DNA from: an uncultured Acidobacteriota bacterium
GTDB taxonomy: Bacteria; Acidobacteriota; Thermoanaerobaculia; Multivoradales; SZUA-115
Length of the DNA stretch: 64,000 nucleotides
Direction of reading: 5' to 3'
Assembly (NCBI GenBank): GCA_963805975.1
Contig: CAWDVR010000006.1
Coordinates: 128,001-192,000 of the forward strand
The notes beneath the pieces are model-generated. The model was not told where the DNA came from. It saw only the letters and a list, made by a program, of their open reading frames with translations, and ran no database searches. Shown here piece after piece: positions 19,440-29,923 of this stretch (the first letter of the stretch is position 1; each line of letters begins with the position of its first letter). Made by a program: the position numbers and the translations under genes.

Positions 19440-21236
19440 CGAAGAGTTCCTGCGCTACTACTGGGAGGAGCTGCTCTACCTGCGGCGCCTCGGCCAGGAG
19501 TTCGCCCACACCTATCCCAAGGTGGCGGCGCGGCTCGAGCTGGCGCCGGACGAGAGCGCCGACCCGCACGTCGAGCGACTGATCGAATCGTTCGCGTTTC
19601 TCACCGCCCGCATCCAGAGGAGCCTCGACAACGATTTCCCCGAGATCGCCGCCGAGCTGCTGCAGATCCTCTACCCGCACCTCGTCCAGCCCATCCCGTC
19701 GCTGTCGGTGGCCCGCTTCGAGGTGGACCCGGAGCGGCTGCGGCTCACCTCCGGCTACGAGGTGCCGCGGGGCACCGGCCTCTTCGCCCACCCGGAGCAC
19801 GGCGACATCTGCCGCTTCCGCACCTGCTATCCCTTGACCCTGTGGCCGCTCGAGGTCACCGAGGCCGCCTTCGAGGTGCCGGACCGCTATCCCTTCCTCG
19901 ACCAGCAGAGTGACGTGGCGGCGGTGCTGCGCCTGCGCCTCGTCGCCCGCGGCGAGCCCTTCGAGAAGCTCGGAGCTCGACAAGCTGCGGTTCTTCCTGG
20001 ACGGCGACCCGATGCTGGTCGGGAAGATCTGGGAGCTGCTGGTGAGCCGCGCGCTGCGGGTGGAGCTGCTGCCGGTGGGAGAGCGGCTGGCGCGCCGGTT
20101 GCCGGGGGAACCGCTCCAGCCGGTGGGCTTCGGCCTCGACGAGGCCGTGCTGCCCTATCCGGAGCACGCCCAGCCGGCCTACCGGCTGCTCCAGGAGTAC
20201 TTCGCGTTCCCGGAGAAGTTCCTGTTCTTCGACCTCGCGGGCCTCGCGCGGGCCGGCCCGCGGCAGCACCGTGGACCTCCTCTTCCTCCTCGACCAGGCG
20301 CCCTCCTCACGCCTGCCGATCGGGCCGCAGAACTTTCTCTTGGGCTGCACCCCGATCATCAATCTCTTCGCCAAGACCAGCGAGCCCATCCGCATCGACC
20401 ACCGCCGGCTGGAGTATCGGCTGGTGGCCGACCAGCGGCGGGAGAAGACCACCGAGATCCATTCCATCCAGGCGATCTCGGGCTCCACCAACCCGGCCGA
20501 GCGCAGCCGGGACTTCGCCCCTTTCTACGCCTTCACGCACGAGATGAGCGAGCGGGGGCAGAAGGTCTTCTGGCACGCCCGGCGGGTCCTCTCCCTCTAC
20601 CAGGACGTGGCCGGCACCGAGACCCTGCTCTCGTTCCTCGATCTCGACTTCAAGCCCACCCAGCCGCCGCTCGAGACCGTCTTCGCCCACACCCTGTGCA
20701 CCAACCGGGCGCTCGCCGTACAGATGCCGGCCGGCGCGCTGCTGTCGATCGAGGACCCGATCCCGGTGGCGCGCGTGGTGTGCCTCAAGAAGCCCAGCCC
20801 GCAGGTCTCGCCGCCGCTCTCCGGCCAGACCCTGTGGCGGCTGGTCTCCCACCTCTCGCTCAACTATCTCTCGCTCTCGGGCGAGCGGGAGAGCGTCAAG
20901 GCGCTGCGCGAGATCCTGCGCCTCTACTGCGCCTCGGAAGCCGCCTCGGTGCACCAGCAGATCAGCGGCATCCGGTCGATGGAGGTGCGCCCGGTGGTGC
21001 GCCGGGTGGGTGAGAGCGCCTGGCGGGGTTTCTGTAAAGGTCTCGAGGTGACGCTCACCATGGACGAGGGGCGGTTCGTGGGCGGCAGCGCTTTTCTGCT
21101 CGGTGCCGTGCTCAATCATTTCTTCGCCCTCTACTCCTCCACCAACTCCTTTAGCCAGCTCGTGCTCCGCCGCCACGAGCGGGAAGGCGAATGGAAACGA
21201 TGGCCGCCTATGGCTGGCGAAAGAAGACTGGCGTAA
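19426..21236 (+). CDS. tssF: T6SS baseplate subunit TssF, two 1-nt frameshifts (probable sequencing errors)
   Basis: 'YYWEELLYLR', 'DPHVERLIESFAFL', 'YRLLQEYFAFPEKFLF', 'LGCTPIINLF' and 'WRLVSHLSLNYLS' lie across three frames. Shifts near 19972 and ~20258. Confidence 0.92.
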
Positions 21237-22324
21237 GCGCAGGCCTGTTCGCCGAAGGCCACCGCTTCGAGTTCCTGCAGGCGGTGGGCCTGCTGGAGGC
21301 GATCGGCCGTCGGCCCTTGGGGGAGGGGACCGACCCCGAGGCCGAGCCGGTGCGCTTCTCCTCGCAGGTGGCGCTCGGCTTTCCTCCCGGCGAGGTGGTC
21401 GGCGTCCGGCCCCCGCCTCCCGGCGGCGGCCCGGCGCGGATGAGCGTGGCGTTCCTGGGCCTGGCCGGCGAGCACGGCCCGCTGCCCCAGAACGTCACCG
21501 AGCTGATCCTGCGGCGGATGGCCGCCAAGGACCGCACGGCCGCGGACTTCCTGGACCTCTTCAACCACCGGCTGGTGAGCCTCTTCTACCGGGCGCGCAA
21601 GAAGTACCGCCCGGCCCTCGACCACCGGCCGCCGGACGAGGGCCGCGTCGCGGGCACGCTCTACGCCTTCCTGGGGCTCGGCACGCCGGGCCTCGGAGGG
21701 CGCATGGGAGTGCGGGACCGGTCTCTCCTAGCGCACGCCGGGCTGATCCTCGGCACCCAGCGGCCGATGGCCGGGCTGCCCTGCCTCCTCGCGCGGCACT
21801 TCGGGGTGCCGGTGGCGCTCGAGCCCTTCCGCGGCTCCTGGCTGACGCTCGACCCCGGAGAGCGGACGCGGCTGGGCCGCCGCGGGGTCAACCAGCGGCT
21901 CGGTGAGAGCGCGGTCCTGGGCTCCAAGGTCTGGGACCAGCAGGCGGGTTTCGAGGTGCGCCTGGGGCCGCTGTCGCTCGCCAAGTTCCTCGATTTCCTG
22001 CCCACCGGCGGGGCGTTCCAGCCGCTCGTCTCCCTGGTCCGCTACTACGTGGGCCAGGAGCTCGCCTTCGGGGTGCGGCTGCTGCTCGAGCCCGACGAGA
22101 TGCCGGCGCTGCGGCTCGGCCGGGCGGGAGACACGCGCCTCGGCTGGTCGGCGCGCCTGGCCGGGAGGGGCCGCGAACGGTCCCAGGGCCAGGTCGAGAG
22201 GCCGGCGGCGCCGGAGCCGCGGCTGGGCAGCGCCGGCGGGGCTCGCCTGGGCTGGACCTCCTGGCTCTCCACCCGCCGGCCGGCCGCCGGCGACGCGCAA
22301 GTGGTGCTCGCGGGGCACGCATGA
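21191..22324 (+). CDS. tssG: T6SS baseplate subunit TssG
   Basis: 'FEFLQAVGLLE', 'FLGLAGEHGPLP', 'DFLDLFNHRL' and 'LGWTSWL'. Confidence 0.93.
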   Translation: METMAAYGWRKKTGVSAGLFAEGHRFEFLQAVGLLEAIGRRPLGEGTDPEAEPVRFSSQVALGFPPGEVVGVRPPPPGGGPARMSVAFLGLAGEHGPLPQNVTELILRRMAAKDRTAADFLDLFNHRLVSLFYRARKKYRPALDHRPPDEGRVAGTLYAFLGLGTPGLGGRMGVRDRSLLAHAGLILGTQRPMAGLPCLLARHFGVPVALEPFRGSWLTLDPGERTRLGRRGVNQRLGESAVLGSKVWDQQAGFEVRLGPLSLAKFLDFLPTGGAFQPLVSLVRYYVGQELAFGVRLLLEPDEMPALRLGRAGDTRLGWSARLAGRGRERSQGQVERPAAPEPRLGSAGGARLGWTSWLSTRRPAAGDAQVVLAGHA

Positions 22325-24954
22325 CGAGCGATCTCAAAGTCCTGATCGGCAAGCTCAACCCGATCTGCAAGCGGGGGCTCGAGACCGCCGCCGCGCTCAC
22401 CGTGGCGCAGACGCACTACAACGTCGAGGTGGAGCACCTGCTGGTGAAGCTGCTCGACCTGCCGGCGACCGACCTGCACCCGGTGCTGCGCTACTACGGC
22501 CTCTCGGTGGCCGAGGTCACGCGCCAGCTCAACGCTGCGCTCGAGGCCTTCCAGCGTGGCAACAGCCGCACCCCGGCGCTCTCGCCCCAGATCGTGCGGC
22601 TGCTGCGCCAGGGCTTCCTCCAGGCCCAGCTCCAGCTCGACGGCGACGCGATCCGCTCCGGTGCGCTGCTCCTGGCGCTGTTCGAGGACGAGGCGCTGCG
22701 CGGGCCGCTCTTCGAGTCCTGCCCGGTGCTCGCCAGGATCCCCCGGCAGTCGCTCGGCGAGAACCTGCGCGAGCTGATCCGCGACTCGGCCGAGGAGGGT
22801 ACGCGCTCCGCCGCCAGGGCGGTGGGCGGCGAGGAGAGCGCCACCGGCACAGCGGACGGCGCGGCGCCCCCCGACGGCTCGGCCCTGGGGCGCTACACCC
22901 TGGACCTGACCGCCGAGGCGCGCGCCGGCCGCATCGATCCCATCCGCGGGCGCGACCACGAGATCCGCCAGGTGATCGACATCCTCACCCGCCGGCGCCA
23001 GAACAACCCCATCCTGGTGGGCGACGCCGGGGTGGGCAAGACCGCCATCGCCGAGGGCTTCGCGCTGCGCGTGGTGGCCGGCGAGGTGCCGCAGGCGCTC
23101 TCGGGCATCGCGGTGCGCACCCTCGACCTCGGCCTGCTGCAGGCCGGCGCCGGCATCAAGGGCGAGTTCGAGGAGCGGGTCAAGAAAGTGATCGCCGAGG
23201 TCAAGACCGCGGCCCGGCCGGTGATCCTGTTCATCGACGAGGCGCACACGCTGATCGGCGCCGGTGGCTCGGCCGGCCAGGGCGACGCCGCCAACCTGCT
23301 CAAGCCGGCGCTGGCCCGCGGCGAGCTGCGCACGATCGCCGCCACCACCTGGAGCGAGTACAAGAAATACTTCGAGAAGGACCCGGCGCTCGCCCGCCGC
23401 TTCCAGCTCGTCAAGGTGGAGGAGCCGGACGAGGACGCCGCCATCGACATGCTGCGCGGCCTCACCACCCGCCTCGAGCGCCACCACGGTGTCCAGGTGC
23501 TCGACGAGGCGGTGCGCGACGCCGTGCGCCTCTCCCATCGCTACCTCTCCGAGCGCCGCCTGCCGGACAAGGCGATCAGCGTGCTCGACACCGCCTGCGC
23601 CCGCGTGTCGCTGGCGCAGGAGACGCGGCCGAGCGCGCTCGAGGACGTGGAGCGCTCGCTCCGGCGGCGCACCGCCGAGCTCGAGATCCTGGCGCGCGAG
23701 GGCAAGGAAGACGCGCGCAGCCGGGAGACGGCGGCGGCCCTCGAGCGCGAGATCGAGGAGCTGGAGACGGAGCAGGCGGCGCTCGCCGAGCGCTGGCAGG
23801 AGGAGCGCGACGCGGTGGCCGAGATCCGCCGGCTCGAGGCCGAGCTCGCGGCACCCGAGGCGGGCGCGGGAGCGTCGCCGGGTCTCTCGGCCCGCCTCCA
23901 GAACCAGCGGGCGGCGCTCGCCGCCCTGCAAGGGCCGGAGCCCATGGTGCCGGCGGCCGTGGACTCGCGGGTGGTGGCGGCGGTGGTCTCCGGCTGGACG
24001 GGCGTCCCCACCGGCCGCATGCTGGCCGACGAGGTGGCGGGCGTGCTGACGCTCGAGGAGCGCCTGGCCGAGCGCGTGGTGGGGCAGCCCCAGGCGCTCG
24101 ACGCGCTCTGCCGCCGGATCGCCACCTCGCGCGCCGGTCTCGAGGACCCGGCCAAGCCCAAGGGCGTGTTCCTGCTGGTGGGGCCGACCGGCGTGGGCAA
24201 GACGGAGACCGCGCTGGCGCTCGCCGAGCTGCTCTACGGCGGCGAGCGCAATCTCATCTCGGTCAACATGACCGAGTTCCAGGAGGCGCACTCGGTGGCG
24301 ACGCTCAAGGGCGCGCCGCCCGGCTACGTGGGCTACGGCAAGGGCGGGGTGCTCACCGAGGCGGTGCGCCGCCGGCCGCACAGCGTGGTGCTGCTCGACG
24401 AGATCGAGAAAGCCCACCCGGACGTGACGGAGCTCTTCTTCCAGGTCTTCGACAAGGGCGTGCTCGAGGACGGGGAGGGCGTGCCGGTCGATTTCAAGAA
24501 CACCGTGATCCTGGCCACCACCAACGCCGCGAGCCAGGTGATTCTCGACGCCTGCCGCGACCTGGCGGCGCTGCCCGCGCCGGAGACCGTGGTCGAGCTG
24601 CTGCGGCCGGCGCTCCTCGCGCACTTCCGGCCCGCCTTCCTGGGCCGCCTGGTGGTGGTGCCCTACTACCCTCTGGGCAAGGCCGAGATCGTGCGCATCG
24701 TGGAGCTGAAGCTGGCGCACGTCCGGCAGCGCATCCGCGACCACCACCGCGCCGAGCTCTCCTACGACCGGGCGCTGATCGACTCGCTGGCCGAGCGCTG
24801 CACGGCGGCCGACAGCGGCGCCCGGAACATCGACCACCTGCTCACCCAGACCCTGCTGCCCGAGCTCTCCACCCGCATCCTGGAGCGCATGGCGCGGGGC
24901 GAGAGCTTCGAAAAGGTTTATATCTCGGTGGACGAGGCGGGGAGGTTCGTGTGA
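22321..24954 (+). CDS. clpV: T6SS AAA+ ATPase ClpV/TssH
   Basis: Two Walker A motifs ([16 protein letters not shown]), '[11 protein letters not shown]' and '[10 protein letters not shown]'. Confidence 0.96.
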   Translation: MTSDLKVLIGKLNPICKRGLETAAALTVAQTHYNVEVEHLLVKLLDLPATDLHPVLRYYGLSVAEVTRQLNAALEAFQRGNSRTPALSPQIVRLLRQGFLQAQLQLDGDAIRSGALLLALFEDEALRGPLFESCPVLARIPRQSLGENLRELIRDSAEEGTRSAARAVGGEESATGTADGAAPPDGSALGRYTLDLTAEARAGRIDPIRGRDHEIRQVIDILTRRRQNNPILVGDAGVGKTAIAEGFALRVVAGEVPQALSGIAVRTLDLGLLQAGAGIKGEFEERVKKVIAEVKTAARPVILFIDEAHTLIGAGGSAGQGDAANLLKPALARGELRTIAATTWSEYKKYFEKDPALARRFQLVKVEEPDEDAAIDMLRGLTTRLERHHGVQVLDEAVRDAVRLSHRYLSERRLPDKAISVLDTACARVSLAQETRPSALEDVERSLRRRTAELEILAREGKEDARSRETAAALEREIEELETEQAALAERWQEERDAVAEIRRLEAELAAPEAGAGASPGLSARLQNQRAALAALQGPEPMVPAAVDSRVVAAVVSGWTGVPTGRMLADEVAGVLTLEERLAERVVGQPQALDALCRRIATSRAGLEDPAKPKGVFLLVGPTGVGKTETALALAELLYGGERNLISVNMTEFQEAHSVATLKGAPPGYVGYGKGGVLTEAVRRRPHSVVLLDEIEKAHPDVTELFFQVFDKGVLEDGEGVPVDFKNTVILATTNAASQVILDACRDLAALPAPETVVELLRPALLAHFRPAFLGRLVVVPYYPLGKAEIVRIVELKLAHVRQRIRDHHRAELSYDRALIDSLAERCTAADSGARNIDHLLTQTLLPELSTRILERMARGESFEKVYISVDEAGRFV

Positions 24955-25022
24955 GCCGACCGCTGGCACGCCCCGTCGCGGCGGCGATCTCGGCGAGCCA
25001 TCGGAACAGGGTGGCTGCATGA
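24951..25022 (+). pseudogene. 23-codon vestige of the 'APHVAAA' leader ([23 protein letters not shown])
   Basis: GTG overlaps the clpV TGA, and its own TGA overlaps the kinase ATG. It aligns with the starts of the ORFs at 29112 and 34114. Confidence 0.45.
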
Positions 25023-27100
25023 AGCGCCGCCTCCCGCTGCTGTTGATCGGCCTGGCCTGGCTCTGCCTGATGGGAGTGCTCCTGCTGCGCAACCGCGGCA
25101 GCCGCGAGGCCTATGCCGTGCTGTTCGTCGCGCTGCTGCTCGGTGCGGCGCTTTTCATGCTCTACCGCATCAACAAGGCGCTGGTCGCCAAGGGCAGATA
25201 CAACCGCGCGTTGCTCGACGCCATCCCCGAGCCGATCATCCGGCTGCGTCGCGATGGCACGATCCTCGACCTACGGCCGGGCAAGCACATCCCGCTGCCG
25301 CGACCGATCGAGGAGATGCTGGGCCGCGGTCTCGAGACCTTCCTCACCCCCGAGCAGATCCCGGAGGTGCTGGCCGCCATCGAGCGCGCGCTGGACAGCG
25401 GCGAGGTCGCCAGCCTCGAGTATCACCGCGAGATGGAGGGCGGGACGGTCCACCGGCAGATGCGACTGTGCCACCTGGCCGCCGACGAGGTGCTCGGCCT
25501 GGTCCACGATCTCACGCCCCAGAAGCGGGCGGCGGCGGAGCTGGCCCAGGCCAAGGAGGCGGCGGAGGCGGCGAACCGCGCCAAGTCCACCTTCCTCGCC
25601 AACATGAGCCACGAGCTGCGCACGCCGATGAACGCCATCATCGGCTACAGCGAGATGCTGCTCGAAGAGGCGGACGAGCTCACCAAAGAGGACTTTCTTC
25701 CCGACCTGGAGCGCATCCGCACCGCCGGCAAGCATTTGCTGGACCTGATCAACGACATCCTCGACCTGTCGAAGATCGAAGCGGGCAAGGTCGATCTCTA
25801 CCTCGAGCGCTTCGACGTCCGGCAAGTGGTGACCGAGCTGGCACCGACCATCGAGCCGCTGGCCGGCAAGCGCGGCAACCGCCTCGAGGTGGAGGTGGCC
25901 GATGGCGTGGGCGAGATGATCGCCGACCTCACCCGCGTGCGGCAGACGCTGCTCAACCTGCTCTCCAACGCCTCCAAGTTCACGGACCAGGGGCTGGTTC
26001 ACCTCGCGACCTGGCGCGAGCGCCGCGAGACCGGCGACCGCATCCTCTTCAAAGTGACCGACACCGGCATCGGCATGACGCCGGAGCAGGCGTCGAAGGT
26101 GTTCGGCGAGTTCGTGCAGGCGGACGTCTCCACTACCCGCAAGTACGGCGGCACCGGGCTCGGGCTCGCCATCAGCCGGCGGCTCTGCACGATGATGGGT
26201 GGCGACATCACGGTGGAGAGCCAGGTTGGGAAGGGCACCTCGTTCACCGTCGACCTGCCGGCGGTGGTCGGGGCCCTGGGACCGGAGGCCGAGCCGGCGG
26301 CGACGAAGGAAGATCTCCAGGCGGTCGCGGCTCCGAGCGGTCCGCGGGTGCTGGTCATCGACGACGACTCTGCGGCCCTCGACCTGGTCCAGCGCCTGCT
26401 CGAGCGCGAGGGCTTTGCCGTCAGCACCGCCGCCAGCGGCTACGAGGGGTTGGCGCGTGCCCGCGAGCTGCGCCCGGCGGTCGTCGTCCTCGACGTGCTG
26501 ATGCCCGGCATGGACGGGTTCACCGTGCTCGAGACCCTGAAGGAGGACGAGGCCCTGGCGGAGATCCCGGTGATCATGCTGTCGATCCTCGACGACCAGG
26601 CGACCGCCTTCAACCTGGGCGCCGTCGACTACCTGTCGAAGCCCATCGACCGCGACGCGCTGGTGACCGCGGTGACCCGGCACGCGAGCGGCCTCGCCGG
26701 GGCCTGCGTGCTGCTGGTGGAGGACGACGCGGGGGTGCGCCGCCAGCTCCAGCGCTTCTTCGAGCGCGAAGGCTGGGAGGTGGCGACTGCGGTGAGCGGT
26801 CGCGCGGCCCTCGATCGCTTCCGTGAACGGCGGCCGGCGGCCATCGTGCTCGACCTCATGCTGCCGGAGATGGACGGCTTCGAGTTCCTCGCCGCCCTGC
26901 GGCGCGAGGAAGGGGGCCGCACCGTGCCGGTGGTGGTGGTGACGGCCAAGGACTTGACGGCCGAGGACGAGCGCCGCCTCTCCTCGGTGGACGGCGTGCT
27001 GGTCAAGGGCGGGTTCAGCCGGGAAGAGCTGCTCGCGCAGTTGCGGGTACTAGTGACGGCCGGGAGCGCGGGCTCCGGCGTCTCATCCGATGCGAGGTGA
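25019..27100 (+). CDS. Hybrid sensor histidine kinase (2 TM, PAS, HisKA, HATPase, two receiver domains)
   Basis: '[12 protein letters not shown]', '[10 protein letters not shown]', 'DTGIG' and 'GGTGLGL'. Two REC domains (VIDDD..LDVLMP; LVEDD..LDLMLP). Confidence 0.95.
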   Translation: MKRRLPLLLIGLAWLCLMGVLLLRNRGSREAYAVLFVALLLGAALFMLYRINKALVAKGRYNRALLDAIPEPIIRLRRDGTILDLRPGKHIPLPRPIEEMLGRGLETFLTPEQIPEVLAAIERALDSGEVASLEYHREMEGGTVHRQMRLCHLAADEVLGLVHDLTPQKRAAAELAQAKEAAEAANRAKSTFLANMSHELRTPMNAIIGYSEMLLEEADELTKEDFLPDLERIRTAGKHLLDLINDILDLSKIEAGKVDLYLERFDVRQVVTELAPTIEPLAGKRGNRLEVEVADGVGEMIADLTRVRQTLLNLLSNASKFTDQGLVHLATWRERRETGDRILFKVTDTGIGMTPEQASKVFGEFVQADVSTTRKYGGTGLGLAISRRLCTMMGGDITVESQVGKGTSFTVDLPAVVGALGPEAEPAATKEDLQAVAAPSGPRVLVIDDDSAALDLVQRLLEREGFAVSTAASGYEGLARARELRPAVVVLDVLMPGMDGFTVLETLKEDEALAEIPVIMLSILDDQATAFNLGAVDYLSKPIDRDALVTAVTRHASGLAGACVLLVEDDAGVRRQLQRFFEREGWEVATAVSGRAALDRFRERRPAAIVLDLMLPEMDGFEFLAALRREEGGRTVPVVVVTAKDLTAEDERRLSSVDGVLVKGGFSREELLAQLRVLVTAGSAGSGVSSDAR

Positions 27101-27103
27101 CGA

Positions 27104-27481
27104 ATGGGGGCGAAGATCCTGCTGGTGGAAGACAACGAGATGAACCGCGACATGCTGTCGCGCCGGCTGGCGCGGCGTGAGTACGAGGTGGTGTTGGCCG
27201 AGGATGGCCAGCAGGGCATCGACCTGGCGCGCTCCGCCGCGCCCGACCTCATCCTGCTGGACATGAGCCTGCCGGTGGTCGACGGCTGGGAGGCGGCGCG
27301 CCAGATCCGCGGCAGCGAGCAGGGCGCCACGGTGCCGATCATCGCGCTCACCGCCCACGCCATGGCCGGTGACCGGGAGAAGGCCTTGGCCGCGGGCTGC
27401 GACGACTACGACACCAAGCCCATCGAGCTCGCCCGCCTGCTGGGGAAGATCGAGACGCTCCTCGCCAGGCGCGCGCCGTGA
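27104..27481 (+). CDS. Single-domain response regulator (DivK/CheY-like)
   Basis: 'ILLVEDNEMNRDML', 'LDMSLP', 'ALTAHAM' and 'TKP'. Confidence 0.93.
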   Translation: MGAKILLVEDNEMNRDMLSRRLARREYEVVLAEDGQQGIDLARSAAPDLILLDMSLPVVDGWEAARQIRGSEQGATVPIIALTAHAMAGDREKALAAGCDDYDTKPIELARLLGKIETLLARRAP

Positions 27482-29115
27482 CCATGCCGGCCCAGGACCA
27501 GGGCCCGCTCGGCGGGCTCGACCCGGCTGAAGCGAGCCCCGGTGGATCGAACCCCGGCACGCGCACGCGATCCGTCTTCGTCGCGAACCTGCGCCAGGAG
27601 CTGCGCTCCCCGGCGAGCGCCGTCCTGAGCTTCAGCGTCATGCTGCTCGAAGACGCCGCGAGTCTCGCCGACGAGAGCTTCCGCGCCGACCTCGGCAAGA
27701 TCCATGGCGCGGCGCAGGAGCTGCTGACGCGGGTCGATGCGCTGCTCGAGGCGCGCGGCCCCGGTGCGGTGCCGGCGGCCGGAGCCAGCCTCGCGGCCAC
27801 CGTCCGCCACGAGCTGCGCACCCCCTTGAACCACATCATCGGCTACGGCGAGATGCTGGCCGAGGACGCGCCGGGCCTGGGTCACGAGCGGTTCCTTCCG
27901 GACCTCGACCGCCTGCTCGCCGCGGCGCGCCGGATGCTCGGCCAGATCGAGGAGGTCGTGGCCCTGCCCGGCCTGGAGTCGCACGAGGGCGCCGAGGCGG
28001 CCACCGGCGGCCTGTCGATCGGCGACGTGGCCGCCGCCCTGCGCCCGCTCCAGGGCCGCTCCCGTGCCGCCGGCAGCAGGCCCGGCAGGGTGCTGGTGGT
28101 GGACGACAACCTGATGAACCGCCAGGTGCTGGCACGGCGCCTGGAGCGGCAGGGCCACACCGTGGCGACGGCCGAGGACGGCGAGGAGGCCCTCGAACGG
28201 CTGGCGGCGGCGGACTTCGACCTCGTCCTCCTCGACATGCTGATGCCCAGGCTCCCCGGCCACGAGGTGCTCGACCGTATGAAGCGCAGCGAGCGTCTAC
28301 GGGAGCTGCCGGTGATCATGATCACCGCGCTCGACGAGACGGCGAGCATCGCCCGCTGCCTGGAGCTGGGGGCCGAGGACTACCTCACCAAGCCCTTCAT
28401 CCCGGCGGTGCTCGACGCCCGCGTCGGCGCCTGCCTGGAGAAGAAGCACCTGCGGGACCGCGAGGTGCTCTACCTGCGCCAGATCGAGGACGAGAAGCAG
28501 CGCACCGAGCGGCTGCTGCGGGTGATCCTGCCCGAGGAGATCATCCACGAGCTGCGCGAGACCCATGGCGTCCGCTGCCGGCGCCACCCGGACGTGGCAG
28601 TGCTCTTCGCCGACGTGGTGGGGTTCACCAGCTACTGTCACGGCCGCGACGCCGACGAGCTGGTGGCGGCCCTGCAGCAGCTCGTCGAGGGTTTCGAGGA
28701 GATCGCCGAGCGCCAGGGCCTGGAGAAGATCAAGACCATCGGCGACGCCTTCATGGCCACCGCCGGGCTGCTCGTGCCGGTGGAGAACCCGGTGCTCTCC
28801 TCGGTGCGGGCCGGCCTCGAGATGGTGGAGTGGTGCCGGAACCTCAGCTCGGCCTGGCAGGTGCGGGTGGGCATCCACTGCGGCGAGGTGATCGCCGGCG
28901 TTGTGGGCCACAAGAAATACCAGTTCGACGTCTGGGGCGACACGGTGAACACCGCCTCGCGCGTGGAGTCGAACGGCGTCTCGGGCCGCGTGTCGCTCTC
29001 CGCCGAAGCCTGGCAGCGCGTGTCGAGCGTCTGCCAGGGAACCTCGCGCGGCAACGTAATGGTGAAGGGAAAAGGGGAGATGGAGCTGTTCCTGGTGGAA
29101 GGGTTGCGCCCGTGA
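27478..29115 (+). CDS. Class III adenylate cyclase with two N-terminal HisKA-like hairpins and a receiver domain
   Basis: 'RQELRSP' and 'RHELRTP' hairpins, REC 'VVDDN..LDMLMP', and cyclase motifs 'FADVVGFT', 'KIKTIGDAFM' and 'FDVWGDTVNTASR' (the K and D residues indicate ATP specificity). Confidence 0.9.
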   Translation: MTMPAQDQGPLGGLDPAEASPGGSNPGTRTRSVFVANLRQELRSPASAVLSFSVMLLEDAASLADESFRADLGKIHGAAQELLTRVDALLEARGPGAVPAAGASLAATVRHELRTPLNHIIGYGEMLAEDAPGLGHERFLPDLDRLLAAARRMLGQIEEVVALPGLESHEGAEAATGGLSIGDVAAALRPLQGRSRAAGSRPGRVLVVDDNLMNRQVLARRLERQGHTVATAEDGEEALERLAAADFDLVLLDMLMPRLPGHEVLDRMKRSERLRELPVIMITALDETASIARCLELGAEDYLTKPFIPAVLDARVGACLEKKHLRDREVLYLRQIEDEKQRTERLLRVILPEEIIHELRETHGVRCRRHPDVAVLFADVVGFTSYCHGRDADELVAALQQLVEGFEEIAERQGLEKIKTIGDAFMATAGLLVPVENPVLSSVRAGLEMVEWCRNLSSAWQVRVGIHCGEVIAGVVGHKKYQFDVWGDTVNTASRVESNGVSGRVSLSAEAWQRVSSVCQGTSRGNVMVKGKGEMELFLVEGLRP

Positions 29116-29894
29116 GCCGGGCGCTCGCGCCGCACGTGGCGGCGGCGGTGCGGGTTCTGCAACCCAGGCAGGACCCGGCCAGGGAGCCCCGTCCGCGCGC
29201 CGCCCACGTCGAAGGTGCCTTGGCGGTGCTTCAGGCAATGCTGCCTGGTGCGGCGATCATGCATTCCGGCGCCGGGGCGGTTCCGGTCGTCGGTCAGCCT
29301 TCGATTCAGCTCCAGACCCTGCGGGGCGCCTCTCTGTGGCGAGGAACCAACGCGCCGCAGCTTCGGCGCGTCCAGGTGGTGCAGCGTAGCGACGAAACGA
29401 AAGGCAAACCCAAGCCGCGGGCCATGAGGGACTACTTGCTGGCCGACTGCCACTTGGGGGACTACGACCTACCCGTAGAGTCGCTCCTTCCCGCTACGTT
29501 TCACGGGGTTGGCATTGGCCCTCTGGACTCCTTCGGGCCTTCCAAGGGCTCCATCCTCAGGCTGCACTATCGCTTTGGGAACTGGAATGTCTACGTCCCC
29601 TGGCCCACTGTATGGACCGTGCTTGGAGACGGCTTTTGCCCGGCGCCGAACCGCTACGGCTACGCTCCGTCCGCCGAGTTCGGGAACCCCACGTTCCAGG
29701 GCGAAACCTCGGTTCGCAGTGATCTGAGCAGGGTGGAGCCATTCCCCTACAAGACAACCAGCGGCACCGTCTACACGCCGGAGGTCGAGTTCATCTTCGG
29801 TGAGGAGATCTCGACCACGACGTTGAGGCGGCTGCGGGATCTCGCCAAGCAAGACGGAGTCGCGAAGGCCGTCCAGGCGATCCTGAAGCGATAG
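29112..29894 (+). CDS. Putative T6SS cargo: 'APHVAAA' leader + unknown C-terminal domain
   Basis: GTGA overlap with the cyclase stop. Leader 'LAPHVAAAV..AAHVEGAL..VQVVQR', then a more A/T-rich globular domain. Confidence 0.6.
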   Translation: MSRALAPHVAAAVRVLQPRQDPAREPRPRAAHVEGALAVLQAMLPGAAIMHSGAGAVPVVGQPSIQLQTLRGASLWRGTNAPQLRRVQVVQRSDETKGKPKPRAMRDYLLADCHLGDYDLPVESLLPATFHGVGIGPLDSFGPSKGSILRLHYRFGNWNVYVPWPTVWTVLGDGFCPAPNRYGYAPSAEFGNPTFQGETSVRSDLSRVEPFPYKTTSGTVYTPEVEFIFGEEISTTTLRRLRDLAKQDGVAKAVQAILKR

Positions 29895-29923
29895 CCGGCT
29901 CGAGCTAGAAAGGAAAGTTTCCC

